Below, in pieces: positions 18,741 through 28,233 of a DNA stretch of 64,000 nt. Within the stretch, counting starts at the first letter, position 1; every line of letters starts with the position of its first letter. The stretch is taken from contig JABGYH010000006.1 in NCBI GenBank assembly GCA_018675335.1, positions 17,464 to 81,463 of the forward strand. The letters are read 5' to 3'. The stretch comes from Candidatus Woesearchaeota archaeon. GTDB taxonomy: Archaea > Nanobdellota > Nanobdellia > Woesearchaeales > UBA11576. The notes under the pieces were generated by a model. That model had not been told where the DNA came from. It was given only the letters and a program-made list of their open reading frames with translations, and ran no database searches. The position numbers were made by a program, and so were the translations under genes.

Positions 18741-19313
18741 ATGACTAAAGTATTTTTAATTCATGGAGCGTATGGAACTCCTACCGAAAACTGGTTTCCT
18801 TGGCTAAAAAAAGAATTAGAAAAACTTAATTGTCAAGTTTTTGTTCCTAAATTTCCAACACCACAAAACCAAACACTTCAAAATTGGTTTTTTGCATTTA
18901 ATTCTTATTTATCAAAACTTGATGAAAATTCAATTGTTATCGGACATAGTTTAGGTCCTGCATTTTTAATGAGAGTCTTAGAAACAACTAATTCAACCAC
19001 TCTTTCAAAACCCATCAAATCTGCATTTTTTATTGCACCATTTATTGATTTTTTAGATAATCCCGAATTTGACGAAATTAATAGAACGTTTATTGAAAAT
19101 AATTTTGATTGGAAAAAAATAAAATCAAATTGTAAAAAATTCGTTATTTATCATTCAGATAATGATCCTTATGTGAATTTAAAATATGCAAAATATGTTG
19201 CAACTAAACTTAATGTGGATATAAATATAATTCCTAACGCAGGACACTTCAATCAAGCTTCAGGCTATTTACAATTTACAAAACTTTTAGAAGACATTAA
19301 AAAAGAATTATAA
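18741..19313 (+). CDS. RBBP9/YdeN family alpha/beta serine hydrolase
   Basis: IHG, NWFPWL, GHSLG nucleophile elbow, SDNDPYV, AGHFN. Confidence 0.92.
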   Translation: MTKVFLIHGAYGTPTENWFPWLKKELEKLNCQVFVPKFPTPQNQTLQNWFFAFNSYLSKLDENSIVIGHSLGPAFLMRVLETTNSTTLSKPIKSAFFIAPFIDFLDNPEFDEINRTFIENNFDWKKIKSNCKKFVIYHSDNDPYVNLKYAKYVATKLNVDINIIPNAGHFNQASGYLQFTKLLEDIKKEL

Positions 19314-19342
19314 CAAATCAAAAAACGCACAAAAAAACAAAT

Positions 19343-19771
19343 TTAAAAATTTCCTGTATGCCCAAATTTTCCATCTCCCCTATCAGTTTGCTCAAGAGTT
19401 TCGGTGTCTACTAGTGTTGCGCTAACAACTGGTTGTATCAGCATTTGTGCAATTCTCATTCCGATTTCAACTTTAAAATCTTCTTTACTTAAATTATACA
19501 AAATTACTCCTATTTCTCCACGATAACTTGAATCAATTACCCCACCCATTGATTTTATTGAATATTTTGCAGCCATCCCAGATCGATCCCAAATTAAACC
19601 AACATAACCTTCAGGTATTGCAAGTTTTATTCCAGTTTTTATAATTTCTTTTTGTCCTGCAAGAATAATTTTTTCTTCGGTACTTCGAAGATCAAATCCC
19701 GCATCACCCGGACGAGCATAAACTGGACTGGGATGATCTTTAGAAAGTTTATTAATTTTAACCTCAACCAT
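19343..19771 (-). CDS. dut: dUTP diphosphatase (trimeric, bacterial-type)
   Basis: DAGFDL, RSG, GVIDSSYRGEI, RIAQ, RGDGKFGHTG; SD GAGGT before ATG 19771. Confidence 0.95.
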   Translation of the reverse strand: MVEVKINKLSKDHPSPVYARPGDAGFDLRSTEEKIILAGQKEIIKTGIKLAIPEGYVGLIWDRSGMAAKYSIKSMGGVIDSSYRGEIGVILYNLSKEDFKVEIGMRIAQMLIQPVVSATLVDTETLEQTDRGDGKFGHTGNF

Positions 19772-19804
19772 TTTTACCTCTTTTTTTAAAAAAAAACTCA
19801 ATAA

Positions 19805-20506
19805 TTAAATGCCTCGAATTAAAACTTCATCAAAAAACTCTTTTATTGAATTTGACATTGATTCTAATTCTTCAGGAGTATAAGGACAACTTTTTTTGTA
19901 TTCTTCATTTAAAACTTTTGCATCAAAATTAAATTGTTGCAACACATATCGTTTAGATCCAGATAACCATTCACCAATCTTAATAATATCTTCTTTATTT
20001 ATGAACTCTTTAACAACTGTTGTTCTAAATTCATATGGTAGATTACTTTGACGTATTATTTCAACACTTTCAATAATTGCATCTTTTCGAAGTGTTGTAT
20101 TTACTACCAATTCATATTTTTCAATTGGTGCTTTAATATCCATTGCGATAAAATCAATCAATCTTGAGTCTATCAAGTCTTTTAACATTTCAGGATTAGT
20201 TCCATTAGTATCTAATTTTACTAAAAGCCCTAAATTCTTAATTTTTCGAATAAGCGCAGGTAATTGAGGGTATAATGTTGGCTCTCCACCAGTTATACAA
20301 ACTCCATCAACATATTTTTTGTGTTTTTCCATAATTTCCAAAAAGTCTTCTTCAGTTAAATCTGCGGCATTTGAAACTAACTCAGGCAATACTAGTTCAG
20401 GATTATGACAATAATGGCACCTAAAATTGCACCCCCCCAAAAATATTGTTGAAACAAGCTTTCCAGGGTAATCGATTAATGAAGTTTTTTGAATTCCTTT
20501 TATCAT
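19805..20506 (-). CDS. nrdG: Anaerobic ribonucleoside-triphosphate reductase activating radical SAM protein
   Basis: SLIDYPG, GCNFRCHYCHNP, TGGEPT, KLDTNG, AMDIK, EFRTT. Confidence 0.93.
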   Translation of the reverse strand: MIKGIQKTSLIDYPGKLVSTIFLGGCNFRCHYCHNPELVLPELVSNAADLTEEDFLEIMEKHKKYVDGVCITGGEPTLYPQLPALIRKIKNLGLLVKLDTNGTNPEMLKDLIDSRLIDFIAMDIKAPIEKYELVVNTTLRKDAIIESVEIIRQSNLPYEFRTTVVKEFINKEDIIKIGEWLSGSKRYVLQQFNFDAKVLNEEYKKSCPYTPEELESMSNSIKEFFDEVLIRGI

Positions 20507-20772
20507 TTTTTTATCACAAAATATATTCAAAGTAGATTTGTTTTTATGTATTTCGGGTCTGTGATTTATATTTCAACAACAAACCACCCAAATCAATAAT
20601 TAAAACCACACTACAAAATAATAACGCAAACAATTTATACAAACCAAGCATATCCAAATACTAAGAATATACCTAAATCAAATAACACCCATCAAAAATA
20701 AATAAAATATAAAAAAAATAGAAAGAAAATATAAAAAAAGTTAATAGAAAAAAATTTTAAATTATTTCAAAT

Positions 20773-20976
20773 TTATTGTGTCGTAATCAAATTTGCTCTT
20801 TCGAATTGTGTTGCAGGCAAACCACGATTTCCATGTTTACTACAAACACTGCAACTCTCATCAAATTCAACACGTGCTTTAAATTCTTCTTTTTTACCCA
20901 CATTCCAATTAGCAATAGGTCTATGATATCCAACTACTCTACTGTACACTTCACATCTTCTGCCACACTTAGCCAT
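20773..20976 (-). CDS. Stand-alone glycyl-radical (C-terminal) domain of class III RNR
   Basis: MAKCGRRCEVYSRVVGYHRP..NWN.GK..EF..R is the NrdD C-terminus; own SD GAGGTGA before ATG 20976. Confidence 0.9.
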   Translation of the reverse strand: MAKCGRRCEVYSRVVGYHRPIANWNVGKKEEFKARVEFDESCSVCSKHGNRGLPATQFERANLITTQ

Positions 20977-21176
20977 TTTATTCACCTCTTTTTTTTCAAC
21001 TAAACTCTTTTTTTTATCTCTGTAATTTGTCTCACATGATATATTAAATATATATCAAAAATCATTTAAAAAGTTAACTGCTTTGAAATATAACATCAAA
21101 CCAATTAAAAAATAATTAAAAAATTTTTCCGTCGATGACAACTAATAATTGTAAATAGTTATTACTTTAAAGCAGT

Positions 21177-23231
21177 CTATTCTGGACCATGTTCATTAAC
21201 AAAATTAACTCCTGCACTTTCAACACTTATTGGTGCTTGTTCCACAACTTCCGAAGCTTCACTTTCTTGCATTTCATAAGGGCAAGTTTCATGTTTGCCA
21301 GGAATATATCCATGATCAGGACATACACTAAATGTAGGAGTTATCGTAAAGTATGGCAACCTAAAATTATACGCAATTCTTTTTACTAATTGTTTACAAG
21401 TTTCCGCATCACTAACTCGCTCGCCCAGGAATGCATGAAAAACAGTTCCCCCAGTATACGCGGCTTGCAAATCATCTTGCATTTCTAATGCTTCAAAAAT
21501 ATCTCGCGTATAATCTACAGGCAATTGAGTTGAATTAGTATAATATGGTGTATCTTCTCCAGCACTAAGAATATCTGGAAATCGCTTCTTATCTGCTTTT
21601 GCCAATCTATAACTGGTACCTTCTGCAGGAGTTGCTTCTAAATTGTATAAATTTCCGGTTTCTTCTTGAAATTCAGATAATTTTGACTTCATAAAATGAA
21701 TTATTTCTTTAGCCATAATTACTCCTTCTTTACTAGCAATATTTTTACCAATAAAGTTTAACAAAGATTCATTCATCCCATTAAGACCAATTGTTGCAAA
21801 GTGATTATTAAACGTGCCTAAATATCTTTTAGTGAATGGAAATAAACCTTTATCCAAACTACTTGAAACTACTTTTCTTTTAATTTCTAAAGATTCCTTT
21901 GCCAGTTCCATAAGTCGCGCAAGTCTTTCAAAATAATCTTCTTTTGAACTTGCAAGATAACCTACTCGAGCAAGATTCATAGTAACAACGCCAATACTCC
22001 CAGTCATTTCTGCAGCACCAAAAAGTCCACCACCTTTATTTCTCAAATCTCTCAGATCCATTTGTAATCTACAACACATACTGCGCACATCACCAGGATT
22101 TAATTCAGAATTAATAAAGTTTTGAAAATAAGGAATCCCATACTTTGCAGTCATTTCAAAAAGAAGAGTTGCATTTTCACTATCCCAATCAAAATCTTCA
22201 GTTATGTTATATGTTGGAATTGGAAATGTAAATATTCTCCCACTAGCATCCCCTTCAATCATACACTCCATAAATGCTTTGTTAATCAAATCCATTTCTT
22301 TTTGGCAATCACCAAAAGTAAAATCTGCTTCTTTTCCACCAATAATTGCAGGATTATTTTTTAAGTCAGGAGGACAAACCCAATCAAGTGTTAAATTAAT
22401 AAATGGAGTTTGTGTTCCCCATCTGCTAGGTGTTGCAATATTAAATAAGAATCTCTGCATTTGTTGTTTAACTTGTTTATAAGTTAAGTTATCAACTTTA
22501 ATAAATGGTGCAAGATATGTATCAAACGAAGAAAATGCTTGTGCACCCGCCCACTCATTTTGTAACGTACCTAAGAAATTTACCATCTGACCAATAATTG
22601 TATCAAAATGTTTTGGAGGAACTGTTTGCAATTTTCCCGCAACACCACCAAATCCTTCTGCAATTAATTGTCTTAAACTCCAACCAGCACAATATCCACT
22701 AAACATGGATAAGTCATGAATATGAAAATCACCCTCAATATGTGAGTCTCGAATTTCTTTTGGATAAATATGATTCAACCAATAATTTGCAGTTATTTTT
22801 CCTGAAATATTAAGAATAAGGCCGCCAATCGAATATCCAACATTAGCATTTTCATTTACTCTCCAATCACTTCGACTCAAATATTCATTCATTGTTTCTT
22901 CAACATTAATCAAAACTTCACTATCTTCACGAGATAATCTTCGTTTTTCTCTGTACAAAATAAATGACTTTGAAACATCCGCATGACCTTCTTCAATTAG
23001 AACTTTTTCAATTAAATCTTGAATATTTTCAACTGTCGGCAGGGACCCACCTTTAAAAAAAATATTAAGAATCGCAGTAACTCTTTTTGTTAAAGCTTTT
23101 GCTAAATCATAATTATCTAGATTATTAGCCTTCATAGATTTAAAAATAGCACCAGTTATCTTTTCCTCATCAAATAGAACTAATTCACCATCTCTTTTTC
23201 TTACTCGTCGAATTTCTTTTAGATAATCCAT
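21177..23231 (-). CDS. nrdD: Class III (anaerobic) ribonucleotide reductase catalytic subunit with ATP cone, lacking the glycyl-radical loop
   Basis: ATP cone (VRKRDG), HIHDL, YCAGWSL, QNEWAGAQ, FTFPIPT, RSMCCRL, EATPAEG, YTGGT, CPDHGY...CP then an acidic tail and stop. Confidence 0.93.
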   Translation of the reverse strand: MDYLKEIRRVRKRDGELVLFDEEKITGAIFKSMKANNLDNYDLAKALTKRVTAILNIFFKGGSLPTVENIQDLIEKVLIEEGHADVSKSFILYREKRRLSREDSEVLINVEETMNEYLSRSDWRVNENANVGYSIGGLILNISGKITANYWLNHIYPKEIRDSHIEGDFHIHDLSMFSGYCAGWSLRQLIAEGFGGVAGKLQTVPPKHFDTIIGQMVNFLGTLQNEWAGAQAFSSFDTYLAPFIKVDNLTYKQVKQQMQRFLFNIATPSRWGTQTPFINLTLDWVCPPDLKNNPAIIGGKEADFTFGDCQKEMDLINKAFMECMIEGDASGRIFTFPIPTYNITEDFDWDSENATLLFEMTAKYGIPYFQNFINSELNPGDVRSMCCRLQMDLRDLRNKGGGLFGAAEMTGSIGVVTMNLARVGYLASSKEDYFERLARLMELAKESLEIKRKVVSSSLDKGLFPFTKRYLGTFNNHFATIGLNGMNESLLNFIGKNIASKEGVIMAKEIIHFMKSKLSEFQEETGNLYNLEATPAEGTSYRLAKADKKRFPDILSAGEDTPYYTNSTQLPVDYTRDIFEALEMQDDLQAAYTGGTVFHAFLGERVSDAETCKQLVKRIAYNFRLPYFTITPTFSVCPDHGYIPGKHETCPYEMQESEASEVVEQAPISVESAGVNFVNEHGPE

Positions 23232-23320
23232 ACTAACAAACCTCTTTTCATCACCTTAATTAATTTTAAATCTTTGAGCACTTAAAACTTGAGCTCAATT
23301 AACAAAAACTCGCCTTAAAT

Positions 23321-23761
23321 TCAAGAGAGTTTATTCAATTCCTTCTCAAAATCATCAATATTTGCAAACTCAAGATAAATTGATGCAAATCGCATATATC
23401 CAACTTTATCAATTTTCTTTAGTCGCTTTAAAACTGCTCGCCCGATGATTTTTGAAGCAATTTCATTCGCATCTTTTTTACGTATCTCAGATTCAATCTC
23501 CAAAGCAGCCTTTTCCAAAACTTCTGTTGAAACAGATCTTTTTTCACAAGCTGTTTGAAATCCTTTGAGTACTTTGTTGCGATCAAACTCTTCGCGAGTT
23601 CCGTCACGTTTTATTACCATTAATGTTGCAAGTTCTGCCCGTTCATAACTCGTAAATCGTCTTTCACATTTAAGACACTCCCGTCTTCTTCGAGTGTAGT
23701 CTTCATTATCTCTTTTATCAACAACTTTTGTATCTGATTGATTACAATACGGACATAACAT
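23321..23761 (-). CDS. nrdR: Transcriptional repressor NrdR
   Basis: CPYC...VVDKR...RRRRECLKCERRFTSYE Zn ribbon, ATP cone VIKRDG, YMRFASIY. Confidence 0.95.
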   Translation of the reverse strand: MLCPYCNQSDTKVVDKRDNEDYTRRRRECLKCERRFTSYERAELATLMVIKRDGTREEFDRNKVLKGFQTACEKRSVSTEVLEKAALEIESEIRKKDANEIASKIIGRAVLKRLKKIDKVGYMRFASIYLEFANIDDFEKELNKLS

Positions 23762-23873
23762 AATTTTTTACCAACATATTTTTTACACAAAAAAAGCTCA
23801 CAAAAATCAGCTAATTTTGAATAATTTTTAATTCTCAGCCCGCCTTAACCACTTTTATGGAAAAGACTTAAAC

Positions 23874-23920
23874 ACACAACATCTTGTGATGCCATTTTGA
23901 AGTAAACACAACATCTTGTG
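23874..23920. promoter_or_regulatory. Tandem NrdR boxes
   Basis: Identical 15-mers ACACAACATCTTGTG at 23874-23888 and 23906-23920, 32 bp apart; resemble the NrdR consensus acaCwAtATaTwGtg and the typical 31-32 bp spacing. Confidence 0.9.
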
Positions 23921-23947
23921 CATTAACCAAATAAGTAAAAATGATGA

Positions 23948-23963
23948 TATTTAAACTTTTTTG
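23948..23963 (-). promoter_or_regulatory. BRE/TATA promoter of nrdR-nrdD
   Basis: Minus strand CAAAAAAG-TTTAAATA; predicted start site just upstream of the NrdR boxes. Confidence 0.65.
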
Positions 23964-24295
23964 TTTTTTAACAATAAAATTTTGTCATATATTTTAGAAA
24001 GAATATACTAGAGAAAGACACCATTTTACAATAGTTCAAAACAAAAAAAGGGCAAAATTCACTAAAAAAACCCTAAAATAAACAGAACAATAAAATAAAA
24101 TGGTAAAAGAACTTTTTAACCAAAAAAGGAGCGTAAAACAATCTTAAAAATGAATTTAATCAACCAATTTACTTATAAAAAAATACAAATAGAAACACAA
24201 AAAAAACACACACAAAAACACAAAAAAAATAAAATAAAATAAAATAACCACAACAGAAAAATATCAAAAATAAAACGCAAATTTAAACTTAGTAC

Positions 24296-24601
24296 TTATT
24301 TTAAATTTTTAGAAGTATTCAACTTATCTTTTTTTTGAATTTGTTGAATTTTATAAACTAAATCATTAAGCTCTGCAACTAATTTATCAGAATCAACCCC
24401 ATGCATTTCAGCTCCTTGTTCAAGAGTTTCAAATGCAGCACCCGCACAACCAACACAATGAAGACCATGTTCAAAAAAAACATTAATAGTTTCAGGAAAT
24501 TTGGAAATAATTTCACCAATAGTCATAGTTTTAGTTATTGCAGAATCAGATTTATTAGAATTTGTCAACTTATCTTGTTTAGATGTGTTATCATCACTCA
24601 T
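24296..24601 (-). CDS. DUF1858 (hybrid cluster-associated disulfide) domain protein
   Basis: ITKTMTIGEII...GLHCVGC..A.FETLEQGA.MHG. Confidence 0.88.
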   Translation of the reverse strand: MSDDNTSKQDKLTNSNKSDSAITKTMTIGEIISKFPETINVFFEHGLHCVGCAGAAFETLEQGAEMHGVDSDKLVAELNDLVYKIQQIQKKDKLNTSKNLK

Positions 24602-24789
24602 TTTTCTTCTATTTTAATACATTGAGCACTACATTGTGCTTCACAAGCTCGACAACCAATACACTCTTTTGGTTTAACAACTTTGCTTTTATTATTTTCC
24701 ATAACAAATACGTCCATCGGACAAACATCTATACAAGTTTTACATCCAACGCATTTGGATTCATCTACAATAGGAATTGGTTGAGTCAT
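24598..24789 (-). CDS. 2x[4Fe-4S] ferredoxin
   Basis: CVGCKTCIDVCP and CIGCRACEAQC motifs. Confidence 0.93.
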   Translation of the reverse strand: MTQPIPIVDESKCVGCKTCIDVCPMDVFVMENNKSKVVKPKECIGCRACEAQCSAQCIKIEEK

Positions 24790-24834
24790 TTAATATACCT
24801 CCAGAATAAAAAAATAATATTTTGAAAAAAAAGT

Positions 24835-25695
24835 CTATTCCTCTTTTTTTTCAGGTTCAGCTTCTACGGAAACATCAGTTGTTGTTTCTGCACTAACTTC
24901 TTTAACTTCAGGAACTGCTTTAGCTTCAGTTGTTTCTTTAGCTTCAGGACTTGCTTTAGCTTCAGTTGCTTCTTTAGCTTCAGGAACTGCCTTAGGTTCT
25001 GAAACTACTTTAGTTTCAGGAGCAACTGCAGGCCTAACTGGTTTTGGCTTTGCAGGTTTTTTAGAGATAATTTTTGTTAATTTTTCTGCAAGATCTTTAG
25101 CTTTTTTAGGATCGTCTTTTAATCTAGCCATAACTCTAATTTCAGTCATTCGAATAGGATGTGTTTTTTTAAGCGTATTTCTTAATGCTTTTTGAAACTT
25201 AGTACTAACTAAATCCATAACTAATGTTCTATAGTCGAGTGTTCGTACTAAAGCAAGCACGCTTGCAACAGCCATTTTTCTTAATGCTGTTTTAACTTGA
25301 GAAGTTGTTTTTGAATTTGTAATCAGTAATGGTTTAATTCTAATAAGAACGTCATCTTTTGTTAAACAAATAAATGAAATTTCTAATTTATCTTTTTGCC
25401 TTCTTACTTTTCGTTTAATCGCAGCAGAAGTTACTTCAAACTTTTTTACTTGAGTATATGCAGTTTCACCTTTAACTTGATCAACTTCGAATACAACATT
25501 AGTATTCTGTTTTTGCATATTACCCGTTAATGTCATCAAACTGGTTTTTAAAGTTTTACCAATAATTAAACTAGGATCATTAGTTGGCGTTTCCCCAAGT
25601 AAGTACTCGTTGAACTCCTTAGAAGCTAATACTTTAAACCACTTCTTCTTTTTCCATTTATCGACTGTTTTTGTAACCTTTTTGCCTTTTGCCAT
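24835..25695 (-). CDS. rps3ae: 30S ribosomal protein S3Ae (eS1) with repetitive low-complexity C-terminal tail
   Basis: DKWKKKKWF, IGKT, PIR..EIR motifs; EAKAxPE repeats in the tail. Confidence 0.9.
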   Translation of the reverse strand: MAKGKKVTKTVDKWKKKKWFKVLASKEFNEYLLGETPTNDPSLIIGKTLKTSLMTLTGNMQKQNTNVVFEVDQVKGETAYTQVKKFEVTSAAIKRKVRRQKDKLEISFICLTKDDVLIRIKPLLITNSKTTSQVKTALRKMAVASVLALVRTLDYRTLVMDLVSTKFQKALRNTLKKTHPIRMTEIRVMARLKDDPKKAKDLAEKLTKIISKKPAKPKPVRPAVAPETKVVSEPKAVPEAKEATEAKASPEAKETTEAKAVPEVKEVSAETTTDVSVEAEPEKKEE

Positions 25696-25826
25696 TTGAA
25701 TTGACCGAATTATCTATTTATTTATAAGGTTTTTGGAGAAGATGGGGGTATTTAAAGTTTATTGTTAAGACCCAAAAAACAACCCAAATTAGAACCATAA
25801 ACTCGAAAAATCAACTAAAAACACAA

Positions 25827-26408
25827 TCAAGTCAAACGAAGACTCGCAGAAACTCCAAATGGTTTTAGTTTAACAGAACATATTTTATCATCATATTGTT
25901 GATTAAGTTCACTTAATTCTCGCTCAAATTTAGCCTGAACTCGACCATATGCCCTATTCTTAATAATTGAATTACTTATTCTTTGTACGGGTTTTATCAA
26001 CAACTCAAAAGCAATTCCTCCCAAACCTAAATTAACTGCAACATTCGCTGAGTACTCCAAATTAGAACTTACCACATAGCTCACAACACCCCCAACAAGC
26101 GCAGTTAACCCTCCAGCAACAATCAAACCACCAATTCTAGTTAAATTACCATAATTTGATTGCGCCCCATTAACAGAATCACCATATTCAGACTTAGTCT
26201 TCATCATCAACCCAACATATGAACGAATATAATCCCCAAAAACTGCACGCAATGGGCTTTTTTGAAGATCCATACGATTTAACATATCATCAACCTGTTC
26301 ACTAAAAGAATATTCAGACCTAGACACAATATCATCCAAAGAAACTGCTTGTTTACGAAATAACGACTGATGAACTTGTCTCCTCGCAGCACTTAACGTT
26401 TTCTCCAT
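25827..26408 (-). CDS. Hypothetical protein with Gly-rich two-helix membrane hairpin
   Basis: Long ORF; IGGLIVAGGLTALVGGVVS and VNLGLGGIAF segments; start reset to MEKT. Confidence 0.6.
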   Translation of the reverse strand: MEKTLSAARRQVHQSLFRKQAVSLDDIVSRSEYSFSEQVDDMLNRMDLQKSPLRAVFGDYIRSYVGLMMKTKSEYGDSVNGAQSNYGNLTRIGGLIVAGGLTALVGGVVSYVVSSNLEYSANVAVNLGLGGIAFELLIKPVQRISNSIIKNRAYGRVQAKFERELSELNQQYDDKICSVKLKPFGVSASLRLT

Positions 26409-26582
26409 AAAATAAGTATCCAGCAAGTAATTTATAAATATAATTATACTCCAGTAAAGACAATAACATCCAAAAAACAAAAAAATTAACCCATTTAAAA
26501 TTAAAATTTTTCATTAAAATCACGCAATATTATAAACAAACATTTTTAAACATCAAAATCAATAAAGAACCTGGGTGGAAAA

Positions 26583-26717
26583 ATGGTTAGACCTAATCTA
26601 GAATGGGAACGGTATAGATATAGGCTACCAAAATCTGGCGCAGAAGTTGAAATTATTCGCGAAATAGTAATGAACGATGACGACTTGAATTTTATGGATT
26701 TATCTCGCAAAAATTAA
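26583..26717 (+). CDS. Small hypothetical protein (44 aa), not in ORF track
   Basis: MVRPNLEWERYRYRLPKSGAEVEIIREIVMNDDDLNFMDLSRKN; GGGTGG SD; TTTTAAA upstream; higher GC than the flanks. Confidence 0.45.
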   Translation: MVRPNLEWERYRYRLPKSGAEVEIIREIVMNDDDLNFMDLSRKN

Positions 26718-26899
26718 AAAATAATTAAACTTCGATAACTACGACAAAAATTTACAGCAAAATTTAAGCAATTCTAACCACTTTTGGTAACAAATATAGC
26801 GTTAGCCTTAAAAAAAATAAATTCTAACCCCTTTTAACGCAAATTCCATTAAAATAGTTTAAAATCTAGTTCTACTAACTAACTATTGGGGCAAAGAAT

Positions 26900-28153
26900 A
26901 TGAATTTTATAGATAAAGCAACTCTATTAGATGGAATCAAACAAGAATTTGGATTAGTACCAGCAATAGATGAATCAATAACTGAATTTGAGAAAAGAGT
27001 ATCAGAAACAGTTTCTAAAAAACAAGATCCACTAGAACACATAGTATTAAAATCATTAAAAAGCGCAGGAGTAGTAGCCAATAGAAACACAACACATGAA
27101 GTTCAAGATTTATTATACAAATATTTAGGAATACATTCAGGACCATTAGATGCTTTTGAAACAAAACACATGCCTGACGCATTAAACATGGGTGGATTTA
27201 CAACCGAACAAGAGGATGGAAGTGCAATAATTGTTACACGAGAATTACCAGATAATTCATTCGCAATAGAAGTTAGTAGCACAATCGGACTAGCTTACGT
27301 ACTGCGAGATACTCTTCCAGAAATTTCTTTTGATCCACTCCAATCGGGAATCGGAAAAGCAATTATTTCTGCAGATTTAAGTTTTTCAGATGATCCTCTC
27401 GAAGCTAGATTAAAAAATTATTATTGCATGATTATCGACGAGCTATTCAAAAATAGTGATTTCATAATGTTCCACGAAGGAATACATGCAATTCATCTTA
27501 ACAATCATAACTACGGTCGTAGAAAAAAAACAAAAAATAAAAAACCAACCAATCCCGAATCAAAATTAAAAAGATTAGCATTAAGTTATAGATTGCCAAT
27601 AATTGGTTCAATAACCAGAGCTAAAAGATTTAATTTTACAGTAGAAACCGAAGCATTCGCATACAAAGTAGGACTAGATGTTTTTGTTACAGAAATATTA
27701 AAAACTGCCACTCAAAATCTAAAAGAAAAATTTGGAATTGAAATTCACCCCGGAGAATTAGATACTGTTGAAAAATTATTAAAACAATATAATAGTAAAT
27801 TCACTAAAGCAATTATTCGAGAAGGATACCTAAATACATTTAGAGGGTATGGTTTTGCACACAAAAATTATGGAAGTGCCTTGCTCAATGGAATGTATGG
27901 CGGAATACTTTTAGGAACTGGAGTTTTACCTCTGCAAATAGTAGGAGGATTAATGCTCATAAAAGGCGCAAATCAAACTTCCAAAATTCCTTTTGCAGCT
28001 TATTTTGAAAGAAAAATTGAAAAGTTCGTCGACACACTAGATAGATTATCAGAAGAATATGGTGGAGCCAATAAAGCATTTTATGAAACATTAGGAATGA
28101 ATTATAGCGAAATAAAAAAACTAGAAAAAACAATTCGATCATCCAAAGTTTAA
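26900..28153 (+). CDS. Hypothetical HExxH zinc-metallopeptidase-like protein
   Basis: MFHEGIHAIH, downstream ETEAFAY, C-terminal Gly-rich hydrophobic segment. Confidence 0.55.
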   Translation: MNFIDKATLLDGIKQEFGLVPAIDESITEFEKRVSETVSKKQDPLEHIVLKSLKSAGVVANRNTTHEVQDLLYKYLGIHSGPLDAFETKHMPDALNMGGFTTEQEDGSAIIVTRELPDNSFAIEVSSTIGLAYVLRDTLPEISFDPLQSGIGKAIISADLSFSDDPLEARLKNYYCMIIDELFKNSDFIMFHEGIHAIHLNNHNYGRRKKTKNKKPTNPESKLKRLALSYRLPIIGSITRAKRFNFTVETEAFAYKVGLDVFVTEILKTATQNLKEKFGIEIHPGELDTVEKLLKQYNSKFTKAIIREGYLNTFRGYGFAHKNYGSALLNGMYGGILLGTGVLPLQIVGGLMLIKGANQTSKIPFAAYFERKIEKFVDTLDRLSEEYGGANKAFYETLGMNYSEIKKLEKTIRSSKV

Positions 28154-28233
28154 AACAAAACGTGAAAATAGTAAAAACAACAAAAAATAAAACAAAAGAA
28201 ATAAAAAAAAATAAATTAATAAAAAAATAAATT

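Noticed and set aside
20977-21280. Intein, intron or frameshift explaining the nrdD split
   Set aside because: No intein or endonuclease motifs and no evident BHB; the gap is ordinary AT-rich intergenic DNA and the downstream part has its own strong SD and ATG.
23874-23920. Identical direct repeats as a possible mini-CRISPR
   Set aside because: Only two 15-bp copies with a 17-bp gap and no cas genes; they fit NrdR boxes.
24850-25030. Tandem EAKAxPE repeats in the eS1 tail
   Set aside because: Low-complexity tails on ribosomal proteins are common; nothing indicates a separate element.
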